Assembly (NCBI GenBank): GCA_025450075.1
Contig: JANWIC010000006.1
Coordinates: forward strand, 1-63,246
DNA: 63,246 bases
Source: Patescibacteria group bacterium
GTDB lineage: Bacteria > Patescibacteriota > Dojkabacteria > JAKAPS01
Reading direction: 5' to 3'
A program made the translations under genes and the position numbers. Below are positions 46,408 through 55,953 of this stretch, one piece after another. How positions within the stretch are numbered: the stretch's first letter is position 1; each line of letters begins with the position of its first letter. The notes under the pieces are model-generated. The model saw only the letters and a list, made by a program, of their open reading frames with translations. It ran no database searches and had not been told where the DNA came from.

Positions 46408-47460
46408 ATGGCAGAGCAGGATACAGGACAAGACGGACAATATTTTCATCCTGATGGAGCATTCTCATCTCCAATGACCATAAATCCGCAATCTGTCGCT
46501 GAAATTCTTTCAGCGGTAGAAAGGATTAATTATGGTGATAATGCGAGGAGGGTAACTCCTGAAGCTATTGCAGATCCAGGAAAGTTGGTACATCCTGAAA
46601 CTGCTCATGGATTTGAATTAGCTTCAAAAGCGGCTGCTGCTGCTCCTATCATCGCCTCAGAAGCACTCTCTCAAGAAGATAAAACTATTTATCCTTTAAC
46701 TTTAGGACATAGAGAAGTTTATGAAATTTATCCAGTTGTAGAAGGTATATCAAAATTTCTTCATGCGGTATGGAATCCATTGGGCAATCTATTTGATAAG
46801 GTTGTTGACCGTTTTACCTCACCATTTACTTCGAATTTACATTATCTTGGTCTAAGCATATGGAAACTTACAGAACGGTTTAAGAAATCAAAAAATCCCC
46901 GTGAAGATTTTGTAAATGAATTAAAAAATTTATATGAAATAATGAATGGAGAACATGAAGTAAACAAAAGCCCTAAAAAGAATGTCGCTAAAATTATTCG
47001 GGATTTTGCAAGAATTCGGCTTAATCCCCAAAATGTTATAAATAGTAGGACCCGAGAAAATTTCCCTATCTTATCAGAAATACTGCCATACTTTCTATCA
47101 CCTACCGGGAAAGTATTTAAAGGAAAGAACTCCATACCGCAAGCCACTCCGGAGATTCTTAGGGGATTACATGCATTTCTGCTAAAACAAGGTATCAATA
47201 ATTTACCTCCAATCAGTGAAGTTCAAGAAGACTGGATTAGGAGATTAATAATGAGAATACCTGCTATCCAAGGAAAACTTGAAAGAGTTGAGACTGAGCT
47301 TCCTAATATTCTCGAAGCTATTTATGAGCTTACTCCTTCAAATGGAAAAGAGTTTGAAGAAGCTTTGATGGGTCTTGCAAGAACCATTTATCAAAGAAAG
47401 ACTAACGGTATAAAAGGGATACAGATATTTGATGGACTTAATCCATTTAGAAGGCATTAA
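46408..47460 (+). CDS. hypothetical protein (orphan, 350 aa)
   Basis: Uninterrupted ORF with no recognisable motif. Confidence 0.7.
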   Translation: MAEQDTGQDGQYFHPDGAFSSPMTINPQSVAEILSAVERINYGDNARRVTPEAIADPGKLVHPETAHGFELASKAAAAAPIIASEALSQEDKTIYPLTLGHREVYEIYPVVEGISKFLHAVWNPLGNLFDKVVDRFTSPFTSNLHYLGLSIWKLTERFKKSKNPREDFVNELKNLYEIMNGEHEVNKSPKKNVAKIIRDFARIRLNPQNVINSRTRENFPILSEILPYFLSPTGKVFKGKNSIPQATPEILRGLHAFLLKQGINNLPPISEVQEDWIRRLIMRIPAIQGKLERVETELPNILEAIYELTPSNGKEFEEALMGLARTIYQRKTNGIKGIQIFDGLNPFRRH

Positions 47461-47543
47461 AATTTACCTAAAGATTTTTCCTGTTATTCAATATCCCTAA
47501 CTTTTATCCTGTTTGACTCAGTCATATATATTTGTCATGATGT

Positions 47544-48482
47544 ATGAAGAATAATATGAGTAATACCCATTATCATGCAATTAGAGACAAATGGATTGCC
47601 CGACATGACGAGGCAAAAAACCTCTTGCTTGAAAATCATGCACGAGCATATGAAAAAGCAAAAAAGGGTCTGACACCTCAAAAAATTCTTGCCGGATCAT
47701 TAGGAAGCCTTGCACTTTTAAATGCTTCTTCTGCTGCAGCTATTCCTTTTACCCAAAACACTGTTGTACTAGCCAGTTCTGCTAATCTTCCACAATTTGA
47801 GACAATTTCTGACACTATAAATACTAAACCTGATTTTTCTGAACAGACACTTATCAAAGACTTAACCCCATCACTTCCATCAACTGTGTATGATGGATTA
47901 AATGATTCTCAAAATACGAAACTTATACAAACACTTTCTCAGTATTTCAACGTTCAAGTAAAATCTGAAATTAACGGGATAAGTTTGAATACTAATTATG
48001 GAATAATTGGACAGGAACAGCATTTAGCTCTCTATCCGGGAGATTCTATTCAAACTCATTTTCAAACACTCTCAGATAATGAAAGTTTTAATTCTTATGG
48101 TATTGCACCAGGACGAGGAGCATGGGGATATTTTGCATCTTCAAAAGAAGCACTTACGCAACAAGATATTGATCGCGAGAAATATTATATCGCTGTACAG
48201 ACATTTCTATCTCCTGGATACATCCAGAATTCACAAAAATATTATGATTTTTTTAAATACAGAAAAGTTTTAGTAGTGAATCCTTCGAATGGGAAAGCTA
48301 TAGTTGCAGATATTGGAGATGCTGGACCATCACCATTTACCGGAAAACAACTGGGGGGTTCTCCAGAAGTGATGAGATATCTCCAGCGTGTAGATGGAAG
48401 ACAAAGAGGACCAGTACTCTTTTATTTTATTGATGATACTGATAATACTATCCCACTTGGTCCAATTAATATTGTAAAATAA
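47544..48482 (+). CDS. membrane-anchored exported protein with RlpA-like double-psi beta-barrel (DPBB) C-terminal domain
   Basis: Anchor ILAGSLGSLALLNASSAAAIPF. C-terminal GRGAWGYF ... YYIAVQTF ... RKVLVVNPSNGKAIVADIGDAGP...GKQLGGSPEVMRYL follows the RlpA/DPBB pattern (G.aSwYG ... V.N..NGrs..v.i.DrGP ... DLS..a...L). Confidence 0.45.
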   Translation: MKNNMSNTHYHAIRDKWIARHDEAKNLLLENHARAYEKAKKGLTPQKILAGSLGSLALLNASSAAAIPFTQNTVVLASSANLPQFETISDTINTKPDFSEQTLIKDLTPSLPSTVYDGLNDSQNTKLIQTLSQYFNVQVKSEINGISLNTNYGIIGQEQHLALYPGDSIQTHFQTLSDNESFNSYGIAPGRGAWGYFASSKEALTQQDIDREKYYIAVQTFLSPGYIQNSQKYYDFFKYRKVLVVNPSNGKAIVADIGDAGPSPFTGKQLGGSPEVMRYLQRVDGRQRGPVLFYFIDDTDNTIPLGPINIVK

Positions 48483-48486
48483 TGAT

Positions 48487-48810
48487 ATGATGAATCATTT
48501 TTATTCAGATTTAGTAAAATTAGAAAAAATTATAGAAGTATTAGAAACTTTTGATCTTTCTTTAGAAGAAAAAGAAGAACTATTACATATAGCGCATGAA
48601 ACAACACATCATGCGATTCTTGATATGATTTTATCTGAACTTCCTGAAGAAGATAAGACAACGTTTCTTATCTATATCTCAGATGAGGATCATGAAATGG
48701 TATGGAGTCATCTACGGGATAATATTGAAGATATTGAAAATAAGATTATTGCTGTGTCAAAAAAGGTTGAGGAAACACTTTTGGATGATATAAAAGAAAT
48801 TATTGAATGA
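48487..48810 (+). CDS. small acidic hypothetical protein
   Basis: 107 aa, starts 4 nt after the previous stop, Glu/Asp-rich and helical. Confidence 0.6.
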   Translation: MMNHFYSDLVKLEKIIEVLETFDLSLEEKEELLHIAHETTHHAILDMILSELPEEDKTTFLIYISDEDHEMVWSHLRDNIEDIENKIIAVSKKVEETLLDDIKEIIE

Positions 48811-48859
48811 GTTTGCATTCTTTCAATTCGAATACCTTAAGAAAGGACATTGATAACTG

Positions 48860-49657
48860 TTATTGATCATCACTTACAAGATATTTTTTAACTTCTTCCC
48901 ATGTCTCTTCAGACATTAGTCCGCGCAACCCTTTTAAACTTCTTTCAGTTACAATTAATCTCGAAAAACGAAGACCAGGAATGTATTGATTTATAATATA
49001 ATTGCGTAATAACATCTGATATTGAGGGTCAGAAACAGGTTTTCGATCATCTTCTTGTGTATCCGGCATGTTTACAATATGTACTTGATACAGAAGAATA
49101 TCTTTTAACAATTGGTTGAATGAACTCATATCAATTTTTTTAAATTTTCTTTCATCGTTTCTCTTAACTAGTTCATTGAATACTTCCACTGACTGATGTA
49201 TTCCGAATCGTCTTGCAATTATCATCATCATTGGGAAATATGACTTATACGTGAGTTGAGAAAATTCATATGGGATTGCGTCAGCAACAAGCATAGCTAG
49301 TTTTACATCATCAGTAGTAATGTATTGTTCTTCTCTCGATATCAATGCACTTGCAATACATCTTAGTAAATAGGCTTTAGGTAAGGGATGTAATAATACT
49401 GCCTCAGGTCTTTTCGGATCCTCATTTTTTATGATCATATTTATAAATGCTATAACTGAATTAGAACCTTCCTCTCTTTCTTGTTCATCGATCACACATG
49501 TCATTGCTTCAGCAATAATCTCATTATTATCTACATCATATTTTAGATCAGTTAAATTCCCTATGTTATTGTAATTTTTAAGTTCTTCTAGAAGAAGATT
49601 ATAAAATTCCTCTTTAGGCCTTTGTACTTCTAAACCTGTATTATTATCACCTTCCAT
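48860..49657 (-). CDS. hypothetical protein (orphan, 265 aa)
   Basis: Uninterrupted ORF with no recognisable motif. Confidence 0.7.
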   Translation of the reverse strand: MEGDNNTGLEVQRPKEEFYNLLLEELKNYNNIGNLTDLKYDVDNNEIIAEAMTCVIDEQEREEGSNSVIAFINMIIKNEDPKRPEAVLLHPLPKAYLLRCIASALISREEQYITTDDVKLAMLVADAIPYEFSQLTYKSYFPMMMIIARRFGIHQSVEVFNELVKRNDERKFKKIDMSSFNQLLKDILLYQVHIVNMPDTQEDDRKPVSDPQYQMLLRNYIINQYIPGLRFSRLIVTERSLKGLRGLMSEETWEEVKKYLVSDDQ

Positions 49658-49755
49658 AAATGCATTTTAAGATATCCTTGTGATTGTACTATATACAGCT
49701 GAATAGATAAATATTAAGAAGGATTGTTCTTATATAAGGAAAAGATAGATTAACT

Positions 49756-50060
49756 TTATACAGCATCAATTCCAGGATAACCTTGTAAGATTTTTAATCC
49801 CTTCCTAATTTTTCCTTGATCATGAGTTTCAAAACCTTCACCAATTGCTTTTGCGAATATCATAAAATAGCCAATTACATGTGTTATCTCCTCCATACCA
49901 ACTGCAGCTGATTGTGCAATAAGTTCTTTAAAAAGAGGATCCTAAAAAATCTCTTCCAGTGAAATATTTAAATTCACATTTTTAGCTCATCAATAATTGG
50001 TAATGCATTAAATACAAAATCAGCTTCAATTAATCCAAGCATATTTTCATAGTTTATTCC
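49756..50060 (-). pseudogene. decayed 3' remnant of a paralogue of the 45188-45910 gene
   Basis: The reverse translation ...NLNISLEEIF*DPLFKELIAQSAAVGMEEITHVIGYFMIFAKAIGEGFETHDQGKIRKGLKILQGYPGIDAV* aligns with ...NLHRSLEEIFLDPQFQFLIAEAEIIGIEEITHVIDSLLIFVRAVGDGFAYHDQELIRQGLQVLREYPDIDAA*. In-frame TAG at 49942-49944. The upstream segment (INYENMLGLIEADFVFNALPIIDEL ~ ISFEDLLDFLQVEIIINLLPLATSL) is in another frame, and the 5' half is missing. Confidence 0.6.
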
Positions 50061-50300
50061 TATAACTATAATCTCTCTGATAATTAAGTCCTGATTACCC
50101 AATTATTAGTTACTATTTCATGATCCCCAACAAGATCCATTTCATCTTTTCTTTTATAATCTCTAAATCCGCTAATATTCCTTTTTGTCACCTTCATTTA
50201 TTTTATAAGTAATAAGATACTGTATATATTTCATTTAAAATTTGTTTCCCCTTGTAATACAGCATAAATTATTCTAAGATCTGATTAATATTATATATAC

Positions 50301-52172
50301 ATGGATCAGGATTCAGATACTACAAGACAAGGACAATTACAACCGCTAGATGAGTTATTTAGTCGAGAATCTAATCAAATGGAAGTGCCAAACGATATCT
50401 TTGTCCTCTATTTGGATTTGCTAAGAAGATTTCTTTCTGATTCACCAGCTCAACCAAATCGAGAATTGGATTCTAATACAGGATGGATAACTGCCAGTTT
50501 GATTACTCATATAGAAGAAATCGCAAGGGTATCAATACGAAACGATGCTATACTATTAATGGAAGCTGCACATGAGGCGAATTTGAGTATTAAAGAATAT
50601 GTACTAAATCAACGTATTAAATCCGGTATGCTTTGTATTAGCATAAATGGAATAACTGTAGATTGGAATGATCTGTATCAAGATGAACAAATTATGAATG
50701 GGATTCATGTTAATCTTGCCCAAAATGGACTAGTAACGGTAATAATTTCAAAAAAAACAATAGATCGAATCATAGAAAAAACAGGAGCAAAAAAGGTTGA
50801 AGATAAAAAAATTGGGGGATCTGTATCTGTTTTACCAAATGGTTGCCAAATGTTATACATCCAGGGAGAAAATATTGAGGATAATCTCAGTGTTGCCGTA
50901 CATGAAATGCATCATCGAATTTTTAATGCATTATTTGCTGGAAAGATTGACGGAGATACAGATTCAAAAGTATTTAGTGATTCATTAATAAAAGCAAATA
51001 GCGGAATGAAATTATTTATTGATGAACTGATAGCATATATGACAACAATAACAGTTGATATGAAATCAACTACAATACGTACCCATCCTGAAAGTTTTTC
51101 TCCAAATAAAATTTCTTCCTTTATCTATAAATTTATTGTTGAAGAGGATGGAGATATGTTTATCACCTCAGAAGAGCTTTTAAAAATTGGAAAGAATATT
51201 TTGTCTATGGTTTCTGCAATGTTTTATGTTGAAGATGGTAGAGCTGTAAACAGATTATCATCTGCGATGTTAAATACACTCTATAGTGTAGCAGTATTGG
51301 ATCCAGATGCATCAGATGAAGTGATTGCTAAAAGAATTTCTCGCGAGATAGCAAGGACGTTAGATACTAATGATGTTACAGGTATGCTGTTGGAGTATGC
51401 TCGGTATGGAAAAAGAAAAAACTATTTAATCGGGGGATTAAGTGAAATATTAACGCATAAGGGAATATCAGAAGAAGATGCGTTATGTCTCATTCAATAT
51501 TTATCTTGTATTGAAGAAACAGACATTAATTCTAAAAGGCAACTCATAGCAGACGTTTTATCAGGAGGGAATATATCTTCTTTGTTAGAAAGCCAGTTAC
51601 AAGAACCAAGGTTATTTTATCAAAATTTGATAAAGCTATATAGAAATATTAGTAATAATGGATTTGTTACCGAAGATGCTTTGACAGAGAAATCGTTCAG
51701 GACATTAGCTCGCATCTTAAAAGTAGATCAACGTGAAGTAATTAAAGCATTAGGAAATGAAATGTATGAGCAACCATGGTTGACATGGGATGTTGCAAAT
51801 GAATTTGTTTCACATTTTAATGATGAACAGGATATTCCTCTGAACCTAAAGAAATGTGAAAGAGAATATATTGCAAGTATATTGAACTTAGATACAGACA
51901 AAATACCAGAAGCAATTATTACATATCTTAATTGGTTAGATGAAAATAATACCCTTACTGTTGTGGATCAATATGGAAGATTCAGTTATGATAAACGAAT
52001 TAATTATATATCCAATGCAACTGATGAATCTGGTCTTCATCTGATAATATCTGAATTACATTGGAAACTTTTAGAAAAACCATTTGAAGCATTAACTGAA
52101 ACAGAAAGAGAAGAACGAAATATTATTACTAATGCATTAGGAAGTCTAATCGCTTATAATATATTAATCTAA
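50301..52172 (+). CDS. large orphan protein with HExxH zincin-like motif
   Basis: 623 aa. VAVHEMHHRIF (nt 50901-50915) followed ~35-40 aa later by FIDELIAYM (possible third-ligand Glu). No signal peptide. Confidence 0.7.
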   Translation: MDQDSDTTRQGQLQPLDELFSRESNQMEVPNDIFVLYLDLLRRFLSDSPAQPNRELDSNTGWITASLITHIEEIARVSIRNDAILLMEAAHEANLSIKEYVLNQRIKSGMLCISINGITVDWNDLYQDEQIMNGIHVNLAQNGLVTVIISKKTIDRIIEKTGAKKVEDKKIGGSVSVLPNGCQMLYIQGENIEDNLSVAVHEMHHRIFNALFAGKIDGDTDSKVFSDSLIKANSGMKLFIDELIAYMTTITVDMKSTTIRTHPESFSPNKISSFIYKFIVEEDGDMFITSEELLKIGKNILSMVSAMFYVEDGRAVNRLSSAMLNTLYSVAVLDPDASDEVIAKRISREIARTLDTNDVTGMLLEYARYGKRKNYLIGGLSEILTHKGISEEDALCLIQYLSCIEETDINSKRQLIADVLSGGNISSLLESQLQEPRLFYQNLIKLYRNISNNGFVTEDALTEKSFRTLARILKVDQREVIKALGNEMYEQPWLTWDVANEFVSHFNDEQDIPLNLKKCEREYIASILNLDTDKIPEAIITYLNWLDENNTLTVVDQYGRFSYDKRINYISNATDESGLHLIISELHWKLLEKPFEALTETEREERNIITNALGSLIAYNILI

Positions 52173-52364
52173 AGTTTCTAAATTTTAGGTTCTTTATCTT
52201 GAAATATTTTTACATTTTGATCTTCCTTTTGCAGATTCTCATCCATATGTTATGATCTATTGTCTTTCAATTTATACCTTTCCCATGTTAAATCTGATTT
52301 AATATGCCTCATACTTTAAGGATAAATATAGTAATTCATGAGTTTTAAATGATAGAAGATACTT

Positions 52365-52815
52365 ATGGATACAAAAGATTCTAAAACACACAACAAAGTC
52401 ACGAAATATATCGACTCATTTGGTAATGAGCAAACAGTAAAAGATACCCTAGTGCTAATCGAAATGATACAAAATATTAGCTCTCATGAACCGATCCTTT
52501 GGAATGTGGGTACAATTGGTTTTGATACCTATCATTATAAATATGAAAGCAGACGGGAAGGAGATGGTCATATAATTGGTTTTTATCCAAGAAAAGGGAA
52601 AATAACGATATCTGATGGATGGAACAGCAAATTACCCGAATCTATTGGCAAAGTTAGGAAAGTTTACCAATACTGGCTATTGTATACATATTAAGAGTCT
52701 TACTGATATTAATCTTAACGTACTTGAGAAGATTATTCAAAAGTCATATAAGAATATAAAATCTTTATTTTCGAAAGGAAATATAGACCGAATATTGTGG
52801 AAATTTGAAAAATAA
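52365..52815 (+). pseudogene. DUF1801 (YdhG-like) domain protein split by a frameshift
   Basis: Track ORFs 52365-52694 and 52615-52815 join as ...IIGFYPRKGKITI|YLMDGTANYPNLLAKLGKFTNTGYCIHIKSLTDINLNVLEKII. This is the usual DUF1801 pattern (..f.prk..i.lyl.......ll..lGk...Gkgc.y.k.l.di....L..li). The indel must lie within 52606-52612. Confidence 0.5.
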
Positions 52816-52834
52816 AGTTACTTTGATAGATCTT

Positions 52835-54349
52835 TTATTTTTGCTTAGTATTCTCCTGAATGTAATGTTTTTTTAATCTGATGTCATTAATTGAGAATGG
52901 CCCGTCTTGATATTTATATATTGATAAGTTTGGTTTCAAGTTATCTGGAACTGTTGGTTCTACTTCTCTGAAATCCTGATTTATTTCTTTTAGCTTAGAA
53001 AATATTCTATTTCCTAAAGAATCTTCATCCAACGGTATTGAATCTTTTCCTTCTGTCAGTTCAAGTGCGAGATTTAAATGTTTGTTATGAAGTTCATCTT
53101 CATTTGTAATAAGTGAAAAAGAGTTAATTAACGGCGCAAGTTCTGGAAGGGTAAAAATAACTTCTTCTATATCCTTAGGAGTAATTTTACACCCATAAAA
53201 TGCTACGGACATATCTGAGCGTCCAAAGTGAAACAAAAATGGTAAATCAAGCTCGAACTTTGGCAATAGTTCTTTTTTTACTTTGTTTTGCAAGGTTGGT
53301 AACCGCAGGACAAAACCTGAATCGTGGATGTTATATCTCACTTTAGGGGATAAATTAGATAATCGGCAAAGTGTTATAACCAGCTCACCTTCTTTATTTG
53401 TTTCAATATAATAATCCAGGGGATTATACTGAAAGATCATAGGTGTGCCAAGGTGTTTAAATGCGTCAGGAATAATTGCATCATAAAATTCTTGGTTACC
53501 GGTAATTAATTTTCTTAAAGCAATCGTCCCATCATTTTCTGCTCCAATATTTATTTCTAAATCGGATGCTCCATATGATCCGTATACATGTTTAAAAAAT
53601 GTAAGGAGATAATTTCTCATCCCTTCACTTATTCCTTCACCTCCAAATACTGCTGTGATATTATACTTTCCCCATTCTACATGTGCTTGGTCAAGAAGTG
53701 ATTTTAAGAATGGAGGATATCCCATGATGATATAGTTATATGAAGGACCAAAAAAGTTGAGAGTGTTTTCAATCTTTTTAATATCAGGTCCGGTTGATTT
53801 CAGGATAGAAACATCAACTAAAGACATGGAAACATTCATTCCAGTTGCCCAAGGACCGAGTGCAAAAGCATTAATAATAAATACTTTTCCTTTGCCATAT
53901 TGATAATGAAGAGATGTTTGTAATATCTTTTTGACAGCTTTCCTTTCATTTTGACCTCTTACCCAATTATTTGCAGTTCCGCTTGTCCCGGATGATTCAT
54001 CAATCATTACGCCTTTATTTCCAAGTGTTCCATGAAGGCATCGCGATTCTATCGAATATTTTTTAACATATGATTCTTTATCAGTTACAGGTATTATGGA
54101 TAAATCCGGAATCAATCCTCTTGTTTTAATTATTGGTTTGACTCCATAATTATTCAAAAATTCATGGTAAGCAGGAACATTCCTATTAGCATAATCATAC
54201 ACTTTCCATGCTTTCCACTTTCCAATAACCCAACGGAATTTCTCAAGTCGTGGAATGTATAAAAATTTATAGGTAGTCTCTGAAGTTGAAAGCAGATTTC
54301 TAAATAATTGCAAAATGCTGAGTAATGTAAATATGAAATACTTTATCAT
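52835..54349 (-). CDS. ANL-superfamily adenylate-forming enzyme (PaaK / F390-synthetase / CapK-like) with N-terminal hydrophobic helix
   Basis: IDESSGTSGT (SSGTTG-type AMP motif), FGGEGISEGM and YNIHDSG. ATGA overlap with the upstream nitroreductase gene. Confidence 0.6.
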   Translation of the reverse strand: MIKYFIFTLLSILQLFRNLLSTSETTYKFLYIPRLEKFRWVIGKWKAWKVYDYANRNVPAYHEFLNNYGVKPIIKTRGLIPDLSIIPVTDKESYVKKYSIESRCLHGTLGNKGVMIDESSGTSGTANNWVRGQNERKAVKKILQTSLHYQYGKGKVFIINAFALGPWATGMNVSMSLVDVSILKSTGPDIKKIENTLNFFGPSYNYIIMGYPPFLKSLLDQAHVEWGKYNITAVFGGEGISEGMRNYLLTFFKHVYGSYGASDLEINIGAENDGTIALRKLITGNQEFYDAIIPDAFKHLGTPMIFQYNPLDYYIETNKEGELVITLCRLSNLSPKVRYNIHDSGFVLRLPTLQNKVKKELLPKFELDLPFLFHFGRSDMSVAFYGCKITPKDIEEVIFTLPELAPLINSFSLITNEDELHNKHLNLALELTEGKDSIPLDEDSLGNRIFSKLKEINQDFREVEPTVPDNLKPNLSIYKYQDGPFSINDIRLKKHYIQENTKQK

Positions 54350-55359
54350 GATTCGACAATAATATCATTTTCCGGCAATCTGTAACTTCTTGGTGGAATA
54401 TTACTATAGCCAGTTCTAAAAAGTAACCATACTTTTGCCTTTGATTCATCTATATGTAAAGCATTCTTTATCTCTTCATGAGAATGTGGATTCGTAATTA
54501 TTGAGCCAAACGGATGTAAATATACCTCATGTGAGGTCATTGTTAACCATAGTCGAATGAGCATTTTACCAGCATTTATCCAATCTTCTGATGTTTCCCA
54601 TGATCCTTCAATCCAACCCACTGTTGTTGTTCCTCTCATTGAATAAATATACAATTTATCAATAATATCTTTAATAACTGGAAGTTCAAATAATCCTCTT
54701 TTATGGAAAAAAAGATACATTACTATACCAGGAAATTTCATACAGTAGGCAGATAGTCCATCTCTTTTCTTTTTTGCCGAACTTTGGGAATACCTGAGCC
54801 ATCTACCTACTTCCTCTTTCGTTCTTTTCTCTGACATATCGTAAAAAAGCGTTTTTTGATTAAGTTTTAATACCCAATCAATGAATGGCTTATCTGTTCG
54901 AAAATGAATTATGTGATGATAGTTTTTTGCAATTTTAATTAATTCGTTTAATATATGTTCATCAATAATTTTTCCGTTATAGGGAAGACGTGAGGTCCTT
55001 CTTTTTAAAATGAGAGAAGCGTCTAAATTTTCCTTCTCTAGAGTTTGAGTTAATGTGAGAATTGCAAAAATTTGAGAATCTGTACTCGACTCATTTAGAT
55101 CCATATTGATATATTCTTCGTGCACTTCATAACCTACTTTATGTGCAGCAATATTTAATGTTTCAATAAATATTCCTAATGCAAGTGTTTGAAAAGCATT
55201 ATTTTTGTCTTCAACTGGAAGTAATCTTTTAGGATCATAGTGAAGCTCAGCCTTTGCTTCTGAAATAATCTTAATTTTCCAGGGTTGGGTATTATGTGGG
55301 GAAGGTGCCCAAATCGCATATTCTAATATAGACTTCCATAAAGGATAATTCATCTCCAT
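54346..55359 (-). CDS. Acg/Rv3131-type nitroreductase-fold (FMN-binding) protein
   Basis: YAIWAPSPHNTQPW near the N-terminus and ~335-aa double-lobed length, as in the Acg family. Confidence 0.6.
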   Translation of the reverse strand: MEMNYPLWKSILEYAIWAPSPHNTQPWKIKIISEAKAELHYDPKRLLPVEDKNNAFQTLALGIFIETLNIAAHKVGYEVHEEYINMDLNESSTDSQIFAILTLTQTLEKENLDASLILKRRTSRLPYNGKIIDEHILNELIKIAKNYHHIIHFRTDKPFIDWVLKLNQKTLFYDMSEKRTKEEVGRWLRYSQSSAKKKRDGLSAYCMKFPGIVMYLFFHKRGLFELPVIKDIIDKLYIYSMRGTTTVGWIEGSWETSEDWINAGKMLIRLWLTMTSHEVYLHPFGSIITNPHSHEEIKNALHIDESKAKVWLLFRTGYSNIPPRSYRLPENDIIVES

Positions 55360-55443
55360 GAAAATATATTAACATAATCAATAGATGAGAGTAAAACATA
55401 TTATATTAAGGAAGTAGTTGGTTTTATTTGACGAATTTCTAGT

Positions 55444-55779
55444 TCATCTGGATTTATGTTTCCCAATAAAATCGAACCATACTGTCATAAAATCTTCTTT
55501 CAGGAGTTTTCTTATACCTCCGATTTCTGGGTCTTGTAAATAAATATAATTATCATCAATTCTTTCAAAAACAGAATAGTGTTCATCAGCAACATCTTCG
55601 TCTGTATAATCTGTTCTTCCACGATCGAACCAATTTACAATAACTGGAACATCTTTTTATACCCAATCCCCAATATCGTCATTCCCGCTATTGTTTTTAA
55701 TTATCACTTTAAACCCTAAATCTTCACTCTCATTCTTGATACCTAGATCATCTGTACCCAAATTCTTCATTAGTTTCAT
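55444..55779 (-). pseudogene. relic of a C39-like (papain-fold) peptidase C-terminal half with an in-frame stop
   Basis: The reverse frame reads MKLMKNLGTDDLGIKNESEDLGFKVIIKNNSGNDDIGDWV*KDVPVIVNWFDRGRTDYTDEDVADEHYSVFERIDDNYIYLQDPEIGGIRKLLKEDFMTVWFDFIGKHKSR*. TAA at 55657-55659. P.IV......HY.V....D..Y.Y..DP......l....F...W matches the C39_2-type His-region pattern. The Cys-bearing N-terminal part is absent. Confidence 0.35.
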
Positions 55780-55953
55780 ATAATATTGCAACTTGATTTT
55801 TAGATAATTAATGTTCGCTCATGAGAATTCTCCTCGTTATATGTTGATAATTACATCATTGTGGGGTAAAAGTTTGAAATAGTTTCGCTTTGGGATAGAA
55901 TCTTGTTGCATTTAAATTTATGTACATGCTTCCGGAAAAGTCATTTAATAAAA

